DNA from: a virus
DNA length: 43,337 nt
Direction: 5' to 3' (one strand)
IMG/VR virus record: IMGVR_UViG_3300045988_011788
The notes below the pieces were generated by a model. The model was not told where the DNA came from. It did not search any database and worked only from the letters and a program-made list of their open reading frames with translations. Below are positions 1 through 8,075 of the stretch, piece after piece; the stretch's first letter is position 1, and the number at the start of each line of letters is the position of its first letter. The translations under genes and the position numbers were made by a program.

Positions 1-87
1 GAGTAGTATTCAAAGTCTGCGTAAGTCATCAGTGCCCTCCTTCCAAAACTGCGAGAATTTCAGCCTTTTTCATCGAACTGCTGACCC
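1..87. repeat. Terminal direct repeat, copy 1 (identical to 43251..43337); assembly overlap of a circular or circularly permuted genome
   Basis: Bases 1-87 read identically at 43251-43337. The repeat lies inside coding sequence (3' end of a 35-aa ORF and the ATG of the connector gene), so gene order is continuous across the junction. Confidence 0.9.
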
Positions 88-136
88 CTTTCACCCCGTT
101 TTCATCGGCATACGCAAGCATTTCAGCTTTTGTCAT
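29..136 (-). CDS. Small 35-aa protein with HeH/Rho-N-like (SAP-like) motif downstream of the capsid gene
   Basis: Hand-translated, below the ORF-track cutoff: MTKAEMLAYADENGVKGVSSSMKKAEILAVLEGGH. The stop overlaps the ATG of the connector gene (cactgATGAct). Confidence 0.5.
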   Translation of the reverse strand: MTKAEMLAYADENGVKGVSSSMKKAEILAVLEGGH

Positions 137-183
137 GTCGGAGAAAGCCGGGGTGTCAGGGTCAGGCTCATTCAGCAGTTCAG

Positions 184-1056
184 TTAGCCCCCCACCGCCG
201 GAGTGATAGAGCCGACCACCACGCCGTCGATACGCTCAGCGAAAAGAGCCATGCCGTTGATAACGGTGTCAGATGCGGTCATGTTGGTGTAATCGGGCTC
301 CTCATGGATACCGATATAGCCGGTGGCGTCGGTGGTGAAATCGAACACCTCGCCAAGATCAGCGCCGTTCACAGGAATGTAGTACAGGGCAATGTTGTCC
401 TTGGCGGTGGCGTAAATCTTGCCCTTGGGAACGCTGGAATTGAGAATCACGGTGCCAAGGCCGAGGAAGTTCTCAACGTAAGTCATGCCGAACGCGGTCT
501 GCAAGGTAATGTTTGCGCTTGCGAGGTAGTCAGCAACGTCCAGCGGGTTCAGAAAATACACCGCACCGATCTCGTCATCTTCAAACAGCACCTGCAGCTG
601 GCCCCATGCCTGTGCCAAGGTTGCCTGGAAGGTCGCACCAGATGCCGTGCCCGTGCCGGTTGCGAGGAAGTCGAAAAAGTCTTTTCGGATACCCTTCTGG
701 ACGTCCTTGAGCATTTCGTCGGTAGTCATCTCTACCGCCTGATCGTAGCCGCGATCGGTGATTGCTTCGGCAGAGGTGGCTTTGCGCCACTTCTTAAGCG
801 TAATCTCCTTGTAGTTCACGGCTTCGGTCTTGTACTTGCTAAGGGGGATGGTCTCACCCTCAGCAACAGCGCCGCTCTCCAGCGTGCCAGTGGCCTTGTA
901 GCTCTTGAGCACAGTTCCAGCCTGCTTTGCGATCTTGCGGGTCACACCCAAGGCCTCCATCAGCTTTTTGATGGAATAGCCGAACATTTCGGTAAATTCA
1001 ATTTCGCGCACACGCGCGAGGTCAGCTTTCTTAATGAGATTAGGATCAGCAGCCAT
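184..1056 (-). CDS. Major capsid protein
   Basis: 290 aa, directly after the scaffold gene, with an SD (gaaaggaag) upstream. Position and length are typical of SPP1/Sfi11-like major heads in Firmicutes siphoviruses. Confidence 0.8.
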   Translation of the reverse strand: MAADPNLIKKADLARVREIEFTEMFGYSIKKLMEALGVTRKIAKQAGTVLKSYKATGTLESGAVAEGETIPLSKYKTEAVNYKEITLKKWRKATSAEAITDRGYDQAVEMTTDEMLKDVQKGIRKDFFDFLATGTGTASGATFQATLAQAWGQLQVLFEDDEIGAVYFLNPLDVADYLASANITLQTAFGMTYVENFLGLGTVILNSSVPKGKIYATAKDNIALYYIPVNGADLGEVFDFTTDATGYIGIHEEPDYTNMTASDTVINGMALFAERIDGVVVGSITPAVGG

Positions 1057-1058
1057 TT

Positions 1059-1664
1059 TTATTCTTCCTTTCTAAACAAATCCATATTTGCGGCGATTGC
1101 AGCGCGCCGCTCCGCTCTGTCATTGATTTGCATAATCTCGTCCTTTGTCATCGGTTTCCCGCCGCCGTTAAAGCGCGCGCCAGTGTCGAAGCGAACGGTC
1201 TGCTTGGAGACAAGCCCCTTGTAAGTGCCGTCTACGAGCGCATCAAGAGACTTGGTGTCCTTGATCTTTTCTCCGTCCAGCTCCAATGCGGCCATTTCTT
1301 CGCCGCAGCCGCGCATAGCAAGGTCGAGATTCGCGCCGGTGATGTTTTTGCTCTTAAAGTAAGCACGCACGGCCTTTTCCTTTGCCGCCTTGCTTTCCTT
1401 TGCCGTGATGTCGGTCTTAAAGGCTTCAAAGGCCGAGTGTTCTTTCTCGTACTTCTCCTTGTAACCGCCGTCACCCGCCGCCTTGAGGTCGTCCAATTCC
1501 TTCTGGACACCGGGCAGCTTCTCCGCGTCCGCCTTGTACTTCGTGAGATCGTCCTTGATGGGGTCAACCACGCCCAGATGCAGCGCAACCAAGCGATTTT
1601 CGATCTCTTCGGTGCAAGCCTCGCCGAGAATATTCCTGATTTCCGCTCTCGTAAATTTCGCCAT
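1059..1664 (-). CDS. Head scaffolding protein
   Basis: Start refined to MAKFTRAEI behind SD aaaaggaga. The protein is charged, helical and K/E/A-rich, and sits immediately upstream of the capsid gene. Confidence 0.7.
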   Translation of the reverse strand: MAKFTRAEIRNILGEACTEEIENRLVALHLGVVDPIKDDLTKYKADAEKLPGVQKELDDLKAAGDGGYKEKYEKEHSAFEAFKTDITAKESKAAKEKAVRAYFKSKNITGANLDLAMRGCGEEMAALELDGEKIKDTKSLDALVDGTYKGLVSKQTVRFDTGARFNGGGKPMTKDEIMQINDRAERRAAIAANMDLFRKEE

Positions 1665-1747
1665 GTTATTCGTTCTCCTTTTCCTTGGCCCCAATTCTTC
1701 GGGGGCGAACGTTGTATAAAAACCGCTGTACCTTGAGGGTTTTACCT

Positions 1748-1791
1748 AAAACAAAAGAGCCACCCACCGAGAAAAACTCGGTAGCTGGCTC
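1748..1791 (-). terminator. Rho-independent terminator inside the head module
   Basis: On the minus strand, GAGCCAGCTACCGAG-ttttt-CTCGGTGGGTGGCTC forms a 15-bp stem with one mismatch, followed by TTTTGTTTT. Confidence 0.7.
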
Positions 1792-1814
1792 CTATTGCCC
1801 TTTCCCGCGCCCTA

Positions 1815-1949
1815 TTACGCGGGAGTTGAATATTTGATTGTTTTCTTGACCTCTAAAACGATGTACCCGTCGCCTTTTCGGCGTATTTCAGCATCGTTTC
1901 CGCGCTTCAAAATTGCATCGATTGCCTTTTTGACTTCTTCCCAGTTCAA
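1815..1949 (-). CDS. Possible 44-aa small protein (TTG start overlapping the stop of the MuF-like gene)
   Basis: Hand-translated: (M)NWEEVKKAIDAILKRGNDAEIRRKGDGYIVLEVKKTIKYSTPA. AAGGTG lies 5 nt upstream of the TTG, and the terminator follows. Confidence 0.3.
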   Translation of the reverse strand: MNWEEVKKAIDAILKRGNDAEIRRKGDGYIVLEVKKTIKYSTPA

Positions 1950-3115
1950 TACAGCACCTTCATTCTTTCCCGCTGCTCCGGCAGTCCTGCCGCCACGCTG
2001 AACGCTTTGTATTTCGCGTTTAACCGCCGCAGCCTTATGTTTACCGCAGTCTCATCTTCATGCAATCCTGCGGCCTTGTAAGCAGCTTTTTCGCGCTTTA
2101 GTTTGCGTGCCTCGCGCTCAACGCGCCGCTGCATCTGCGTTGCTTCGTATGCAGTGTATTTCTTTCCGTCAAAATCGCATCCGAGATCATCATCAATATG
2201 GGCAAGCTGTTCGTCTGTGTATGTGCGTTCGCTTACGCCCTCAACCCAAACGTTGCGGCGATGCCGACAGTTAGCCCCCTCAAGTCCATCAACAGCCCCA
2301 AGACCGCACACATCGTAAATGCTCGGGTAGATGTCCCCTGCGCGAATACTGTATACCTTGCCTTGCCAGTCCTTATGGCTTGACCACGGTGACGGCCCAG
2401 GCTTATCTCTCGCGCCAGCATGGGCGGAAACCTCAAAATACGGAGTTTCGAGATACTGCGCCGACTGCTCCGTATATTTAGCGCAAATTTGATTTACGCC
2501 AGTCATCACGGCCCTGCGCGCCGCTACATCAATGAAATCACGATGCCCGCTTTCGTAGTCTACAACTCTAATGCCACTATCTGCGAGCTGCCTTACAACG
2601 TTTGCAATAGCCTGATTGTAGCTGATTGCGCCGCTCTGGATCTGCATCTCTGCGTTATCCAAAGCCCACTGATAAGCGCGAGCGGGCTTTAACATCGTGT
2701 TGCCCACAAGGAAACCCATAGAAGCCGTTAAATTGCGGAATGTATCATGGGTCTGCCGCTTAATTGCATCCACTGTAGCCGCATCTACAAGCGTTTCTGG
2801 CTGCGTTACATGCGCAAGGTCGATGACTTCGGTGTAATACTTCTGGTTACGCTCTACAACGTCATTAAGCAAACTATTTAGCTTTTGTTTGCTAATTCCT
2901 GCTGTTTTGCTAATAGATTCTTCGATGCTTTTAAGGTCAATGCCATGCGACCGCAACGCTTGAATATCTTGCACCGTTACCTCGTTCAGCTCATCCGCAG
3001 CTTTCAAACGGGAGCAGATTTCTTCCAGCAGCGTGATTTCAAGCGCACGGAACAGTTCCGCCAGTTCTTCCGGCAGCGCATCAAGTAGTTCCGGGGTAAA
3101 TGGATACCGGCTCAT
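1946..3115 (-). CDS. Minor head protein, SPP1 gp7 / Mu F-like head morphogenesis protein
   Basis: 389 aa directly after the portal gene. Contains the conserved ...GANCRHRR... region typical of the MuF/gp7 domain. Confidence 0.8.
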   Translation of the reverse strand: MSRYPFTPELLDALPEELAELFRALEITLLEEICSRLKAADELNEVTVQDIQALRSHGIDLKSIEESISKTAGISKQKLNSLLNDVVERNQKYYTEVIDLAHVTQPETLVDAATVDAIKRQTHDTFRNLTASMGFLVGNTMLKPARAYQWALDNAEMQIQSGAISYNQAIANVVRQLADSGIRVVDYESGHRDFIDVAARRAVMTGVNQICAKYTEQSAQYLETPYFEVSAHAGARDKPGPSPWSSHKDWQGKVYSIRAGDIYPSIYDVCGLGAVDGLEGANCRHRRNVWVEGVSERTYTDEQLAHIDDDLGCDFDGKKYTAYEATQMQRRVEREARKLKREKAAYKAAGLHEDETAVNIRLRRLNAKYKAFSVAAGLPEQRERMKVLY

Positions 3116-3157
3116 TTTTCACAACCCCAAAAGTCCCATTATTTTCTCCAAAGCCCA

Positions 3158-4561
3158 TCACTCCACCTCATCTTCTTCCTCGGCTGTCATGTCCTGCATC
3201 TTCGGCAACGCCGCCTTTGCAGTCGCTTCGTCCTCGTTCATCCACTTCATGCGGAACTCCCAATCGTTCATAATGCCTGCCTGCAAGAGCTGCATATCAC
3301 GGGAAAAATCGGTTTGCTTGTCCTCAATGATGCTGTCATCAAAGTCAATGGAGATTTCAACTTCCTCATCAAGTCCTGCGTCCATATAGCGATTGCCCAT
3401 GCGAAGCAAAATGCGACACAGCACCGTAATCGCTTGCTCGAGGATAATTTCATGCTTCCTAATCGTGCGGAACATGGTGCTATTCTCGCTAATGACCTGT
3501 GTGGCCGTGGCAATGCTTGTCTGATCGAATTTGTAATGATTCTCGCCAAAGCCGCATTTGCTCGACAATATGTTGAGCATATCTTGCATACCGGTGTTAA
3601 ACTCTGCTGTGCGCAGCGTCATATCGACCTGTTGCAAAATGTTTCCATCAGATGCGCGATCTTCCGGGAGAACGTAGTAAACCGTTTCGCGCTTATCAAA
3701 GACCGGCCTACCGTTGATGTCCTTGGTTGCTTCCGGCTGTACCACGATGCGCTTTTTCCCCAGCACGAACTCATTCACATAACTATCGTATGTAATATCA
3801 ACGCTTTTGAGCTGGTCGATGGCGGAAGCGAACACTGCAACGCCCATAGGGTTATCTTCATCAGAGTTCGCAATGTTCAGACGGTCAATGACAAACTGCG
3901 GCTTGGCGCTTCCTGTGTGGACAACAGGGGGAATTGCTTCAAATCCTCTCACGCTGGTTAATGGGACTTCCTCCGCATCGTACAGGTGGTTTTCAATGTC
4001 GTATTCGCCACCGTTCAGCCGATGCACCTGAATGTAGATGTATTCCGTATCATCAACTCGTTTTGTCCATGCAAAAGCGCACTCACGAATAATGCCATTG
4101 TCCCACGTCAACGGGTAGATGTTTGCAGCGGTTACATAGTTGATATGAATTCTTCCGGGGTTAGCGATCTCTGCTGTATCAGGGTCAACGCTCATATCCT
4201 CCATGATTGGAACATAAGCAACTGTACCAACAGCGGATTTCCGCTCCTGCAATTCATTGGATTTGACTTCCCAGTTATTATCGGCAAGAATCGCATCTAC
4301 AAATTCCTGCTCCTTCTTGCCCTCAAGCGTGATATTCACGCGCTCGTTCATCAGCAGGTTCGCCCAGTCCTCGCAGACTTTCTTGCCCATGTTGACGGAA
4401 TATCTGTGGCATTCCAGTTCTTCGATGCCATTCCACACCGTATAACTGTGGAAGTCTTTTACATCGCCGTCATACCATGATTTCCATACATCGATCAGGT
4501 CGTAGAATTTGCTATTGATCGTGTCAAAGCCCAATTCTTTAAGTGCTCTGCGAATGTTCAC
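3158..4561 (-). CDS. Portal protein (SPP1 gp6-like)
   Basis: 467 aa with an acidic C-terminus. GTG start overlaps the terL stop (GTGA). Canonical position between terL and the MuF-like gene. Confidence 0.88.
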   Translation of the reverse strand: MNIRRALKELGFDTINSKFYDLIDVWKSWYDGDVKDFHSYTVWNGIEELECHRYSVNMGKKVCEDWANLLMNERVNITLEGKKEQEFVDAILADNNWEVKSNELQERKSAVGTVAYVPIMEDMSVDPDTAEIANPGRIHINYVTAANIYPLTWDNGIIRECAFAWTKRVDDTEYIYIQVHRLNGGEYDIENHLYDAEEVPLTSVRGFEAIPPVVHTGSAKPQFVIDRLNIANSDEDNPMGVAVFASAIDQLKSVDITYDSYVNEFVLGKKRIVVQPEATKDINGRPVFDKRETVYYVLPEDRASDGNILQQVDMTLRTAEFNTGMQDMLNILSSKCGFGENHYKFDQTSIATATQVISENSTMFRTIRKHEIILEQAITVLCRILLRMGNRYMDAGLDEEVEISIDFDDSIIEDKQTDFSRDMQLLQAGIMNDWEFRMKWMNEDEATAKAALPKMQDMTAEEEDEVE

Positions 4562-5844
4562 TGTTTCACCGTCCTCATGTGCCCTGCGCGCTCCAATTCC
4601 TTGTAGTACGGCTCAATGCTGTACTCAAATGCGTCAAGGCTGTCAATATCAGATGTTCCATCGTCAAGGCGCTCGTCCTCGAACTTGTCAGGATCATAAA
4701 TTGCAGTTTGCAGTGCATCAATCAAGTGCGGACAGCTGCGCGAAACCTTAAAACGCCCCTGCTTCATCAGCAGCACCACGAGCCTGATTCTATCTGTAAT
4801 TTGCAGTTTCATTGCGTTCTTGACCTGCGTGCCGAGGTGCATCTTCTGCGCGGTATGATCTAATCCACGAATTAGCACCGTTTCCGCACTGTCTGCCCGC
4901 GTCTGGCTGTATCCGTACTTTGCCGTAACCATTTGGCAGAACATAGCAAAGCGCCTATTCAGTTCGTCAGGGTCAATCTCTTCGTTCTTGATGTATTCCT
5001 CTTCCAGCGCGGCCACTCGATAATCTTTTGTAATCCCGGTCGCCTGAAACTTTGTCGCGGATTTCGTGCCGCCGAAGTCAACGCCAATGGAAATAACGGA
5101 GAACTTTGTATCGTTTTCTTCCGCCCATTTCAACGGATCGTCGATCAAATACTTTTCTGTGTCGTTAGCAAAGTCTTTGTAAACAATGCCCTCGGCAGCT
5201 ACCCATAATCCGCGCACATACCGGTCATAGAAAATGCCGGCATACATGTTTTCATAGCGCGCAAGCGTTTTCTCGCTCAGACCTGGGTTGTCAGTCATCT
5301 CGAAGTGCAGATATAGCGTGTTCCGTTCGCGGTGTCGCTTAATCCACTCCTGATAGAACCAGTGATGCGGGCTGCCGGGGTTACATGAAAACCACAGCTT
5401 CGCGCCGTCCACAGAACATCGCGCAAGCGCCTGTTCCACGAACGAGCGTGGCATCAGCACCACTTCGTCCAGCAGCACACCCGCCAGCGTGCGGCCCTGA
5501 ATCAGCGTATAGCTGGCCTCATCCTTGCCGCCGAACACCTCGAAGTAATTCGTCACGGCACCGCGCCGCACTTCCATAACCTTGTCGCCGCGCCGCCAGC
5601 GGATGATATAGCGCTCCTTTGCCAAACTCATCGCCGTAAACGGCACGATGATGTTCTTGGTGCAGCTATCCACCGTGCGTCCACACACGCCGAAACGCTG
5701 ACCGCTGAAATTCTCCATCGCCCAGCGGACGAACGCCCACATCATGATGGAGGTCTTGCCGGAACGCACCGCGCCGTCGCAGATCAGCGCGTCATACTTG
5801 GAATAGGGAAAGGCGAGGATTTTCGCTTGCTTTGGGCTAATCAT
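4558..5844 (-). CDS. terL: Terminase large subunit (PBSX/Terminase_3-like)
   Basis: Walker A motif DGAVRSGKTS near the N-terminus and an acidic nuclease-type C-terminal half. ATG (MISPKQ) lies 10 nt after aaaggag. Confidence 0.92.
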   Translation of the reverse strand: MISPKQAKILAFPYSKYDALICDGAVRSGKTSIMMWAFVRWAMENFSGQRFGVCGRTVDSCTKNIIVPFTAMSLAKERYIIRWRRGDKVMEVRRGAVTNYFEVFGGKDEASYTLIQGRTLAGVLLDEVVLMPRSFVEQALARCSVDGAKLWFSCNPGSPHHWFYQEWIKRHRERNTLYLHFEMTDNPGLSEKTLARYENMYAGIFYDRYVRGLWVAAEGIVYKDFANDTEKYLIDDPLKWAEENDTKFSVISIGVDFGGTKSATKFQATGITKDYRVAALEEEYIKNEEIDPDELNRRFAMFCQMVTAKYGYSQTRADSAETVLIRGLDHTAQKMHLGTQVKNAMKLQITDRIRLVVLLMKQGRFKVSRSCPHLIDALQTAIYDPDKFEDERLDDGTSDIDSLDAFEYSIEPYYKELERAGHMRTVKQ

Positions 5845-6259
5845 CGCTCTCAAGCTCCTTTGCCATTTCCTTTAAGCTCTGACTGAGTGCGTCTTCCCTC
5901 ACCGTGTCGGCAGGGCTGCCGCCGATCATCGCCCACTTATCAATCAGCGTCCCCATCGCCGTTGTAATCTGGCTGAGATTTGCCGCTGCCAGCTTCTCCG
6001 GGTCGTTGAGCATTTCAAGCCCCTTGCCGATGAACGAACACACAAGGTCTTTGTGGTCGTTCATGTACTCCATCACATCGGCGGTGTTCTCTTCCTTTTT
6101 TTGCTCGCACTTTTCCACAATGTCAGCATTTGCTCGCACAAGATTCTTAACGGTTGTTGCGGACACGCCGTTGATTTTCGCTGTGGCGCAATAGTTGTTC
6201 GTCTGCACATAGTCCGCCAGTATTTTCTTCTTTTGACGGTCTGTCAGCCTTGCAGCCAT
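5837..6259 (-). CDS. terS: Terminase small subunit
   Basis: Start refined to MAARLTDRQKKKILADY behind GGAG. N-terminal HTH-like segment, immediately upstream of and overlapping terL. Confidence 0.72.
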   Translation of the reverse strand: MAARLTDRQKKKILADYVQTNNYCATAKINGVSATTVKNLVRANADIVEKCEQKKEENTADVMEYMNDHKDLVCSFIGKGLEMLNDPEKLAAANLSQITTAMGTLIDKWAMIGGSPADTVREDALSQSLKEMAKELESDD

Positions 6260-6485
6260 TGTCACCACTCCATTTTTTTGTGTCACTTACACCGCAGCAA
6301 TACTCATACCACGGTAACGGCATTACTTCCTGTTGTTCTTCATACAGCGTATCAAACATCTTCATGATGTTTTCCACGGTGTATCCGTACTCAGCCCAAA
6401 GCTGGGTCTTGAATTTTTCAAGCAGGCGCATATTGATTTTTACCTGCTTGTCCATTTCTTCCAGCGTATAAATTTTTCCGATCAC
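6147..6485 (-). CDS. Hypothetical protein; its 3' third overlaps terS out of frame
   Basis: 112-aa ORF (MIGKIYTLEEMDKQVKINMRLLEKFKTQLWAEYGYTVENIMKMF...). The N-terminal ~65 aa look protein-like, but the last ~113 nt overlap terS, so the true extent is uncertain. Confidence 0.35.
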   Translation of the reverse strand: MIGKIYTLEEMDKQVKINMRLLEKFKTQLWAEYGYTVENIMKMFDTLYEEQQEVMPLPWYEYCCGVSDTKKWSGDNGCKADRPSKEENTGGLCADEQLLRHSENQRRVRNNR

Positions 6486-6786
6486 AAGGCATCACCTCGT
6501 TTTGCTACCAGCCCCCACCCCTTGGCCTTACATAGCAGACTTTACCCGCCCCAAAGGGCTACAACGCCGCCCACATTTGGCGTTATTCTTTCCATTGGCC
6601 GTCTTTCTCGCTTAGATTGTCACACGCTACCGACAACTACGCTCCGAAAAGTCGTAGCCCCTATTCCGTCAGGTCAACCCGGTCTTGACGCATCAAGACA
6701 AGCGCAGTTTTCAGCGAGCTTTGTCATTTCCATGTGAGCCATGACGCCAACGGTCTCACATTGTCCGGGCGCTACCCGGCCTCTGT

Positions 6787-6860
6787 CAGGGACGGTTGGG
6801 AATCGAACCCACCCAAGCGGTTTTGGAGACCGCCTCGCCATCCTTGGAACATTCGCCCCT
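6787..6860 (-). tRNA. tRNA-Trp(CCA)-like element with a non-canonical D-arm (possible pseudo-tRNA or tRNA-like module)
   Basis: On the minus strand the acceptor AGGGGCG/CGTCCCT has 7 pairs, the anticodon arm is GCGGT-CTCCAAA-ACCGC, and the T-arm is GGG-TTCGATT-CCC. The D-region TGTTCCAAGGATGGCGAG does not form a 4-bp stem, and there is one extra nt at the T/acceptor junction. Confidence 0.5.
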
Positions 6861-7091
6861 AAATGTCCCCGCTGGGCCACATCGTTGAGAGGTGCGCGGG
6901 GTCCTGTTCCGCATGAGAGGTGCGACCTCTCGGCCCTGATCGTGCGTGCGTGCGGCATATTGCGGGGGCGGTGTGAAAAGATGAAAAGCACCGCGCCCCG
7001 CTATGGCGCAGGAGGTAAACGCCATAAATGAGAGAACCGCAAAGGCTTTTACACCTCTGCGGTTCAATTTTCTCATGATTGCAATACCCTG

Positions 7092-7109
7092 ACTCACTTA
7101 TAAGTGAGT
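7092..7109. promoter_or_regulatory. 18-bp perfect palindrome ACTCACTTATAAGTGAGT just downstream of the XRE gene
   Basis: Read directly. It could be an operator-type site or a hairpin at the 5' edge of the structured block. Confidence 0.4.
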
Positions 7110-7123
7110 TTTGCAAAATATTT

Positions 7124-7342
7124 TTATAAACTTTTTGGATAGTCCGACCTGCCAAGCAGGTAGTCAATCGACACGCCGAAATAATCAGCAATGCTTATCA
7201 GCGCGTCCATTGACGGTTTCTGCGTCCCCATCTCATAGCGCTTGATGGTGTTACGGTTCAGCCCGCACAGCTCAGACAGAACGCAGCGCTTTAATTGCTG
7301 GCGTTCGCGTAACCTCCGCAGCCGATCAGGAAACGTGCTCAT
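7124..7342 (-). CDS. XRE-family HTH transcriptional regulator
   Basis: 72 aa with a classical Cro/C1 HTH (LSELCGLNRNTIKRYEMGTQKPSMDALISIADYFGVSIDYLLG). Confidence 0.85.
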   Translation of the reverse strand: MSTFPDRLRRLRERQQLKRCVLSELCGLNRNTIKRYEMGTQKPSMDALISIADYFGVSIDYLLGRSDYPKSL

Positions 7343-7351
7343 CGCATCACC

Positions 7352-7645
7352 TCAATCATCTCCCGCGCTGTTGATCAGCCTGTCAAGATAGAATCTCGCC
7401 TTTCGCAGATCTTCCTTGCCGTTTTTCAGCGGCCAGCGCCACATGTACTTGAGCACCTGTCCCGTCAGCCATGCTTGCATCGGGTCTTTCTGGCACGTCA
7501 ATGCGGCCGCAATGGCGTCGATGCACTCGACCCCTCCCGCCGTGTAATGCGCGGGGTGACTTACATTGTCATGCTCGATGCACGGGCTATTGGCAGGTGC
7601 GCTCCCTCTCGGCGGTGTACTCCATTTAAACGGATCGTTACTCAT
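7352..7645 (-). CDS. DUF3310-like protein
   Basis: Motifs HYTAGGVECIDAI ... VLKYMWRW...KNGKEDLRKARFYLDRL match the DUF3310 pattern seen in many phages. Confidence 0.7.
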   Translation of the reverse strand: MSNDPFKWSTPPRGSAPANSPCIEHDNVSHPAHYTAGGVECIDAIAAALTCQKDPMQAWLTGQVLKYMWRWPLKNGKEDLRKARFYLDRLINSAGDD

Positions 7646-8075
7646 GGCGCGCCACCTTCCGCTTCACCCACGCCCACAGGTTTCTCCACGGATGGGATTC
7701 TGCGTAATTGGCGCGCTGCTCGGCGTTGTAGCGCTTGTCACGCATTACATCAATGACCGTCCCCTTAAAAGCAAGATCGTCGTTCGCCCGCCCAAGCGCC
7801 GCCTCAGTATCGGCGAGCTTATTTCGCAGCACATCTGCGTCCGCTTTCAGGTTTGCGATCTCGTTCTCTCGGGTGATGGCCTCGCCGTTCATCTGGTCAA
7901 GCTTTTCCGTCAGCGTGCCGATTTCTCCGCGCAGTTTTTCATTTTCCTCGGCCAGTTTTACTCCGGCCTTAAAATGTGCCGCCGCCTCGGCTTCCGCCGC
8001 TTCCTGCCTTTCGGTGGCTTCCTCCACCATCTTCGCCATCTGGTCTTTGGTGTACTTCTTTACGTTGATGCTCAT
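7638..8075 (-). CDS. Coiled-coil hypothetical protein
   Basis: 145 aa with long A/E/K-rich heptad-like segments. Linked to neighbours by ATGA coupling. Confidence 0.55.
   Translation of the reverse strand: MSINVKKYTKDQMAKMVEEATERQEAAEAEAAAHFKAGVKLAEENEKLRGEIGTLTEKLDQMNGEAITRENEIANLKADADVLRNKLADTEAALGRANDDLAFKGTVIDVMRDKRYNAEQRANYAESHPWRNLWAWVKRKVARHE

Larger units (their letters stand above)
6486..7123 (-). ncRNA. Candidate large structured non-coding RNA region (class unknown; ROOL/GOLLD-like context)
   Basis: 638 nt without a credible ORF (only Arg/Pro/Gly-rich shadow ORFs lacking an SD). Dense in stems: 7028-7076, 6962-7001, 6915-6931, 6765-6779, 6733-6760, 6682-6699, 6563-6584. Contains an embedded tRNA-like element. 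Confidence 0.4.

Noticed and set aside
1-87. True physical direct terminal repeats (DTR packaging)
   Set aside because: The 87-nt repeat cuts through two coding sequences, and the terminase is PBSX/headful-like. An assembly overlap of a circular or permuted genome is the simpler explanation.
130-1224. 364-aa plus-strand ORF, and similar long plus-strand ORFs at 19387-20703 (438 aa), 31984-33030 (348 aa), 37365-38381 (338 aa) and 25636-26496 (286 aa)
   Set aside because: All lie antisense to well-supported minus-strand genes. They are Arg/Ala/Gly/His-rich with no SD and no recognisable motifs, which is typical of shadow ORFs in GC-rich DNA.
6486-7123. tmRNA (including a two-piece permuted form), or a group I intron, as the identity of the structured block
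   Set aside because: There is no GGGG...TTCGAC-type tmRNA 5' end paired to a CCA-proximal acceptor, and no tag-like reading frame ending in hydrophobic residues. The embedded element has a real anticodon arm (CCA), unlike a tmRNA tRNA-like domain. No interrupted host gene flanks it, as an intron would require. These remain worth a covariance-model check but are not supported by eye.
6674-7191. Three overlapping minus-strand ORFs (105, 103 and 110 aa) inside the structured block
   Set aside because: They overlap each other in different frames, are rich in Arg/Pro/Gly, lack an SD, and one runs through the tRNA-like element. This is inconsistent with real genes.
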